Origin: Candidatus Eiseniibacteriota bacterium
GTDB lineage: Bacteria > Eisenbacteria > RBG-16-71-46
Direction of reading: 5' to 3'
NCBI GenBank assembly: GCA_044223005.1
Contig: JBGAML010000016.1
Span: forward strand, 32,001 to 96,000
Length of the DNA stretch: 64,000 bases
The position numbers and the translations under genes are program-made. Each line of letters begins with the position of its first letter. Position 1 is the stretch's first letter. The notes below the pieces were generated by a model. It did no database searches. It was given only the letters and a program-made list of their open reading frames with translations, and was not told the DNA's origin. Positions 58,999-64,000 of the stretch are shown here, piece after piece.

Positions 58999-59649
58999 AT
59001 GCGCTCGTTGCGTTCGCTCGTCCTTCTCGTCCTCGCCGTCAGCTTCCACCTGCCCGCCATGGCCGCGCCCGCCTGCGCCCGGCCCGCCGCCACCACGTCC
59101 ATCCGGCTCAACGAAATCCTGGCCGGGCCCACGCGCGACTGGGACGGCAGCGGCGCGTTCTCGTCGCGCGACGACGAGTGGATCGAGATCGCCAATCCCG
59201 GCGGCTCGGCCGCCGATCTCGCCGGGCTGTTCGTCACCGACGCCGACTCGATCCCGCGCTACGCGTTCTCGGGCTCGCTCGCGGGCGGCGCGGTGCTGCT
59301 CGTCACGGGCAAGACGAGCTACGACTGGGAGAAGGCCACCGGGCAGCCCGCGTTCGGGCTCTCGCTCGGCAACTCGGGCGACGCGGTGATCCTCTGGCAG
59401 GTCGTGGGCGCCGACACGGTCGAAGTCGAGCGCTACACGTTCAAGAGCCACGAAGCGGCCGCCGACCGGGCGATCGGCCGCGCCCCGGCCACGGGCGAGT
59501 GGCAGCTCTTCGACGGCCTGAATCCCTACACCGGCACGCTGCTGCCCGCGGGCAACGGCTGCGCGCCGACGCCGGGGGCCGCCAACGCGTGCGGGACGAC
59601 TCCCACGCGACGCTCGACGTGGGGCGCGCTCAAGGCCACGTACCGGTAG
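58999..59649 (+). CDS. Secreted lamin-tail-domain protein ending in a TWGxxK tail
   Basis: Signal peptide; IRLNEILA.P..DWDG.G......DEWIEI.N; LGNSGD.V.L; TPGAAN; STWGALKATYR-stop. Confidence 0.88.
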   Translation: MRSLRSLVLLVLAVSFHLPAMAAPACARPAATTSIRLNEILAGPTRDWDGSGAFSSRDDEWIEIANPGGSAADLAGLFVTDADSIPRYAFSGSLAGGAVLLVTGKTSYDWEKATGQPAFGLSLGNSGDAVILWQVVGADTVEVERYTFKSHEAAADRAIGRAPATGEWQLFDGLNPYTGTLLPAGNGCAPTPGAANACGTTPTRRSTWGALKATYR

Positions 59650-59780
59650 CCGGGACCGGGCCACCGCGCCCGGGCCGAGCCGCCGTGAGGCAGCCCGCGG
59701 CGCCTCGGCCGGGCGCGGCCCCGCCGGGAGAGCGGCCGCCGCGCACGCCGCGGCGGCGCTCCCCGCGGGTTCGGGCCGCG

Positions 59781-59809
59781 TTGACGAACCGCCCGGCAGC
59801 CCATAACAT
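59781..59809 (+). promoter_or_regulatory. Sigma70-type promoter of tRNA-Leu/smpB
   Basis: TTGACG-17 bp-TAACAT. Confidence 0.7.
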
Positions 59810-59826
59810 GCTCGACCCGATTGAGT

Positions 59827-59913
59827 GCGGAAGTGGCGGAACTGGCAGACGCACTAGATTCAGGTTCTAGCGCCCGCAAGGGTGTGGGGGTTCAAATCCC
59901 CCCTTCCGCACCA
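59827..59913 (+). tRNA. tRNA-Leu (anticodon CAG)
   Basis: Acceptor GCGGAAG/CTTCCGC-A-CCA, anticodon arm CTAGA-TTCAGGT-TCTAG, long variable arm CCC-GCAA-GGG, T-loop GGTTCAAATCC. Confidence 0.97.
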
Positions 59914-60008
59914 TCGACCTCTTCCTTCCCGCGCAGACGGCGCGCGGGGCGCCACCGCCGTGGCGCGGGCGCCCCCGGGCGTCCGAACCGCACGGAGAGG
60001 CTCGCCCC

Positions 60009-60488
60009 ATGACGCGCACGCCCGATTCCCCGGATCGCCTGATCGCGCAGAACCGCCGCGCGAGCCACGACTACGCCATTCTCGACACGCTCGAGACCGG
60101 CATCGTGCTGGCCGGCACCGAGGTGAAGAGCCTCCGAAACGGCAAGGCGAGCCTCCAGGAAGCCTACGCGACGATCGAGAACGGCGAGCTCTGGATACGG
60201 CAGATGCACATCCCGCCGTACGAGCAGGGCAACCGCTGGAACCTCGATCCCGTCCGCACGCGCAAGCTGCTGGTGCACGCCGAGGAACTCGAGGACCTGG
60301 CGCGCGCGATCGAGCAGAAGGGGCAGACGCTGATTCCCCTGAAGCTCTACTTCTCCAAGGGCCGCGCCAAGCTGCTGCTCGGGATCGCCAAGGGCAAGAA
60401 GACGCACGACAAGCGCGCCTCGATCGCCGAGCGCGACGCGAAGCGCGAGATGGACCGCGCCAAGCGCCGCGGGGAGCGCGACGCGTGA
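60009..60488 (+). CDS. smpB: SsrA-binding protein SmpB
   Basis: NRRASHDY, E.GIVL.GTEVKSLR, RTRKLL, LIPLKLYF..GRAK, GKK.HDKR. Confidence 0.98.
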   Translation: MTRTPDSPDRLIAQNRRASHDYAILDTLETGIVLAGTEVKSLRNGKASLQEAYATIENGELWIRQMHIPPYEQGNRWNLDPVRTRKLLVHAEELEDLARAIEQKGQTLIPLKLYFSKGRAKLLLGIAKGKKTHDKRASIAERDAKREMDRAKRRGERDA

Positions 60489-61849
60489 ACGTACCGCGGC
60501 GGCTGGCCGGCGCGGCCGCGCTGCTGCTCGCGCTCGCGTTCGCACCGGCCGCGCCGGCCGCGACGCCCTCGGCGGCGGTGACGCGCGTGAACGGTACGCC
60601 GTGCGTGAGCGCGACGGACCTCGCGCGGCTCGTGGACGGTTCGCTCTATTGGCGCGCGGACACGCGCAAGCTCGTGCTGCGGATCCGCGAACACCGCGTC
60701 ACGCTCACGGTCGACGTGCCGCTCGCGATCGTCGACGACCGCACGCTGCGGCTCGACGCGCCGGTGCGCTCCGTGGGCGGCGTGCTCCAGCTGCCGCTCT
60801 CGCTGCTGCCGCTGCTGCCGCGCGATTCGAGCGACGCCCGGCTCGTCGTGGACCCGGCGGGTACGCGCGTGCGTGCGGTGGCGGTCGCCTCCGCGAGCGG
60901 CGCCCCGCGCGTGACGGTGACGGGCGAGGTGACGCGCGTCACGATCGCGACCGAACGTCCGGCGGACGCGCGCATCGCCAGCACGTCGCGCACGCACTTC
61001 CGCGTGCGGCTGCCGGGCATCGCGCCGCCGACCGCGGATTCGCTGCCCGCGGGCGCGCTGGTGCGCGCGCTGCGCCGCGTGCCCGGCGAGGGCGTGACGT
61101 GGGAGCTGGGGCTCGCGCCCGGCACGCTGGGCTGGCGGCGCGTGCCGGCGCCGGAGGCGCTGGTGCTCGAGTTCGCGCGCGAGGGTCCGGGACTCGAACC
61201 GTTCGCGCCCGAGGGGCCCGCGGGACCGCGGCCGCTGCGCGTCGTGGTGCTCGATCCCGGACACGGCGGCGCCGATGCCGGCGTCAGCGTCCCCGGCGCG
61301 GTCGAGAAGGACCTCACGCTGCAGCTCGCGCGGGCGCTCGCCGACGAGCTCGAGCGCCGCTCGGGCGCGCGCGTCGTGCTGACGCGCGACACGGACCGCG
61401 ACCTCGCGCAGCCGGTCCGTGCCGAACTGGCCAACCGGGCACGCGCGGACCTCGTGCTCGCGCTGCATTTCGACGGCGCGCCGCTCACGCGCGCGCACGG
61501 CGCCACGGCGTGGTGCGCCCCGGCGCCGCCCGAGGAGGCCGCCCGGGCCGCCGCGGCGAGCCCCGTCGCGATGCTGCCCTGGCGAGACGTCGCGGTGCAG
61601 CACGCGGTCGAGAGCCGTGCGCTCGCGGACGATGTGACGGCGGCGCTCGAGGCGCGCGGGCTGGGCCCGGCGCGTACGCGCGAGATGCTGCCGGCGCCCC
61701 TGCTCGGCGTGAACGCGCCGGGGCTCTCGCTCGAATGCGCGACGCTCACGTCGCCCGAGGACCTGCAGCGCGTCACCGCGGCCGAGGGTATCCGCGCCCT
61801 CGCCGCCGCGATCACCGACGGCGTGCTCGCGTGGGCGCGTCATGAATAG
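60485..61849 (+). CDS. N-acetylmuramoyl-L-alanine amidase (Amidase_3)
   Basis: Signal peptide; VVLDPGHGG.D.G, EKDLTL, LTRD.D, R.ELAN, LHFD, LEC. Confidence 0.9.
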   Translation: MNVPRRLAGAAALLLALAFAPAAPAATPSAAVTRVNGTPCVSATDLARLVDGSLYWRADTRKLVLRIREHRVTLTVDVPLAIVDDRTLRLDAPVRSVGGVLQLPLSLLPLLPRDSSDARLVVDPAGTRVRAVAVASASGAPRVTVTGEVTRVTIATERPADARIASTSRTHFRVRLPGIAPPTADSLPAGALVRALRRVPGEGVTWELGLAPGTLGWRRVPAPEALVLEFAREGPGLEPFAPEGPAGPRPLRVVVLDPGHGGADAGVSVPGAVEKDLTLQLARALADELERRSGARVVLTRDTDRDLAQPVRAELANRARADLVLALHFDGAPLTRAHGATAWCAPAPPEEAARAAAASPVAMLPWRDVAVQHAVESRALADDVTAALEARGLGPARTREMLPAPLLGVNAPGLSLECATLTSPEDLQRVTAAEGIRALAAAITDGVLAWARHE

Positions 61850-62387
61850 CCGCGCTCGCGTGCTCGTCGCGCTGCTCGTCGTGGCGGCGATCGCGTTCGT
61901 GGGCTGGCGCACGTGGGGCGGACGCCGCACCAGCGCGCCGGCCGGCGCGCCCGCGGACACCGCGCAGGCCGGCATGCGCTCGATCACGCTCTGGTTCGCG
62001 GACGCGAGCGGCGACAGCCTGGTCGTCGAGTCGCGCACGGTGGTCGAGCAGGAGGGCCTGCACGCCCGCGTCTCGCAGCTGATCGACGCGCTGGCCCGCG
62101 GGCCCGAACGGCGCGGCGTCGCCGTGCTGCCGGCGGGGACGGCGCTCGTCCACGTCTATCTCGACGACCGCGGCCTGCTCGTGCTGGACCTTTCGCGCGC
62201 TTTCCAGCAGGGTTTCCGGGGCGGCTCGCGCGAGGAGGACCTGATCATCGGCTCGCTGCGCCGGACGCTCGGGGCGAACGTGCCGGAAGCGCAGCGCGTG
62301 CGCTTCACCTGCGGCGGCGCCCCGATCGGTTCGCTCGGCGGGCACGTCCCGCTCGACCAGCCGCTCGACCTGCACGAGGACCTGTGA
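61842..62387 (+). CDS. GerMN domain protein
   Basis: N-terminal TM; TLWFAD...LVVESR, L.RGP, LPAGT, LDLS, GGSREE, SL..TL, GGHV.L. Confidence 0.88.
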   Translation: MNSRARVLVALLVVAAIAFVGWRTWGGRRTSAPAGAPADTAQAGMRSITLWFADASGDSLVVESRTVVEQEGLHARVSQLIDALARGPERRGVAVLPAGTALVHVYLDDRGLLVLDLSRAFQQGFRGGSREEDLIIGSLRRTLGANVPEAQRVRFTCGGAPIGSLGGHVPLDQPLDLHEDL

Positions 62388-62421
62388 CCACGCGCCGCGA
62401 AACGAAACCGGGGAGGAAGGC

Positions 62422-63306
62422 ATGCCCGTGACCCACGACCCGCGCCCGATCGGCGTGTTCGATTCCGGCATCGGCGGGCTCACCGCGGTCCGCGAGCTGT
62501 TCCGCCAGCTGCCGCACGAATCGATCGTCTACTTCGGCGACACCGCGCGCCTGCCGTACGGCAACAAGTCGCGCGAGACGGTCACGCGCTTCAGCCTCGA
62601 GATCGCGTCGTTCCTCGTGCGCCAGAACGTGAAGTGCATCGTGGTCGCGTGCAACACCGCCTCGAGCCACGCGCTCGACGACCTGCGCGCGCGCTTCTCG
62701 CTGCCGATCCTCGGCGTGATCGAGCCGGCCGCCACGGCCGCCGTGGCCGCGAGCCCGAAGGGCCTGATCGGCGTCGTCGGCACGCTCGCGACGGTGGGCA
62801 GCCACGCGTTCCCGCACGCGATCGCGAAGCTCGCGCCGGGCGCGAACGTGATCTCGCGCGCCTGTCCGCTGTTCGTGCCGCTCGTCGAGGAGGGCTGGCT
62901 CGACCACAAGGTGACGCGCCTCGTGGCCGAGGAGTACCTCGCCGAGCTGCGCGCGGCACCGCTCGAGAGCCTGATCCTCGGCTGCACGCACTACCCGCTC
63001 ATCGCGCCGCTGCTCGGCGAACTGATGGGCCCGGGCGTGCGGTTGGTCGATTCCGGCGCCGAGGCCGCGCGCGCCACGGCGGCGCTGCTCGCCGAGCGCG
63101 GGCAGCTCGCGCCCGACCCCGGCCCGAAGGGGCCGCATCACCACTTCTTCCTCAGCGACGAGCCGCGACGGCGCAGCTTCGCGCGCATCGCCGAAGGCTT
63201 CCTCGGCCGGCCGCTGCCGCACGTGACGGTGGTCGACCAGACGGACCTGCCGTGGTTCGAACGCCTGCATTCGCACCTTCCCGAATCCGGAGAACCCACG
63301 ACGTGA
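62422..63306 (+). CDS. murI: Glutamate racemase
   Basis: [39 protein letters not shown]. Confidence 0.98.
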   Translation: MPVTHDPRPIGVFDSGIGGLTAVRELFRQLPHESIVYFGDTARLPYGNKSRETVTRFSLEIASFLVRQNVKCIVVACNTASSHALDDLRARFSLPILGVIEPAATAAVAASPKGLIGVVGTLATVGSHAFPHAIAKLAPGANVISRACPLFVPLVEEGWLDHKVTRLVAEEYLAELRAAPLESLILGCTHYPLIAPLLGELMGPGVRLVDSGAEAARATAALLAERGQLAPDPGPKGPHHHFFLSDEPRRRSFARIAEGFLGRPLPHVTVVDQTDLPWFERLHSHLPESGEPTT

Positions 63307-64000
63307 CCCGCAAGCCCCAGCCCATCCGCGAGCGCGAAGCTGCGCCCGTGGAAGCCGCTCCGTTCGTCCGCCACGATGGCCGCGCGCCGCGCGACCCGCG
63401 CCCGTTCCGCATCGAGCGCGGCGTGATGTCCCACGCCGAGGGCTCGGCGCTCGTGCACATGGGCAAGACGCGCGTGCTGTGCACGGCGAGCGTCGAGGAC
63501 CGCGTGCCCGGCTGGCTGCGCAACTCGGGCAAGGGCTGGGTGACCGCCGAGTACGGCATGCTGCCGCGCGCCACGAACACGCGCATGCCGCGCACGAGCC
63601 AGACCGGCGGGCGTTCGCAGGAGATCCAGCGGCTGATCGGCCGTTCGCTCCGCGCCGTCACCGATCTCACCGCGTTCGGCGAGCGGACGATCACGCTCGA
63701 TTGCGACGTGATCGAGGCCGACGGCGGCACGCGCACGGCGGCGATCAACGGCGCGCTGGTCGCGCTGCACGACGCCTTCGTCTCGCTCTCGAACCAGAAC
63801 GGGCTCGCGCGGCCGCCGCTGCGCGATTCGGTCGCCGCGATCTCGGTGGGCGTGGTGAAGGGCGTGCCGTGCCTCGACCTCGACTACGTCGAGGATTCCT
63901 CGGCCGAGGTCGACATGAACGTGGTGATGACCGGCCGCGGCCGCTTCATCGAGGTGCAGGGCACGGGCGAAGGTGCCACGTTCGGCGACGACGACCTGCG
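63303..64000 (+). CDS. rph: Ribonuclease PH (3' partial)
   Basis: Manual translation: [79 protein letters not shown]. Confidence 0.97.
   Translation, partial: MTRKPQPIREREAAPVEAAPFVRHDGRAPRDPRPFRIERGVMSHAEGSALVHMGKTRVLCTASVEDRVPGWLRNSGKGWVTAEYGMLPRATNTRMPRTSQTGGRSQEIQRLIGRSLRAVTDLTAFGERTITLDCDVIEADGGTRTAAINGALVALHDAFVSLSNQNGLARPPLRDSVAAISVGVVKGVPCLDLDYVEDSSAEVDMNVVMTGRGRFIEVQGTGEGATFGDDDL

Noticed and set aside
59827..60008. Prophage or island integration at tRNA-Leu
   Set aside because: No integrase or duplicated tRNA 3' end was seen; the tRNA is followed directly by smpB.

Overview
High-GC bacterial chromosome window. Many secreted proteins end in FlgD-Ig/T9SS-type C-terminal domains and one ends in a TWGxxK tail, which suggests an FCB-related candidate lineage such as Ca. 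Eisenbacteria (inference). 1-12.3 kb looks accessory. A leftward operon encodes an ECF sigma factor, a double-zinc-finger membrane anti-sigma, a small secreted OB-fold-like protein, and a >1850-aa secreted matrixin-type metalloprotease with 94-aa tandem repeats (missing from the ORF track because it runs off the left edge). Divergently from it, two paralogous LuxI/FeeM/ExoAT-like acyltransferases bracket an ICMT-family methyltransferase and a PKD lipoprotein. The rest is mostly core genome: HU/IHF, YugP-like peptidase, ltaE, a sigma54 two-component system with a small DGTG-repeat target, rsmI-PIP synthase-ino1-tmk, S41 protease, HAD phosphatase, dusB, asparaginase II, S8 protease, two apparently non-catalytic M16 subunits, ppdK, kelch protein, GT2, lamin-tail proteins, aminotransferase, tRNA-Leu(CAG), smpB, amidase, GerMN, murI and a partial rph. 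A surface-protein locus at 26.3-37.9 kb holds a ~1765-aa protein with a 936-bp in-frame tandem duplication and a ~340-nt structured leader. No CRISPR, integrase, transposase or reverse transcriptase was seen. All family calls are from motif recognition by eye, not database searches.
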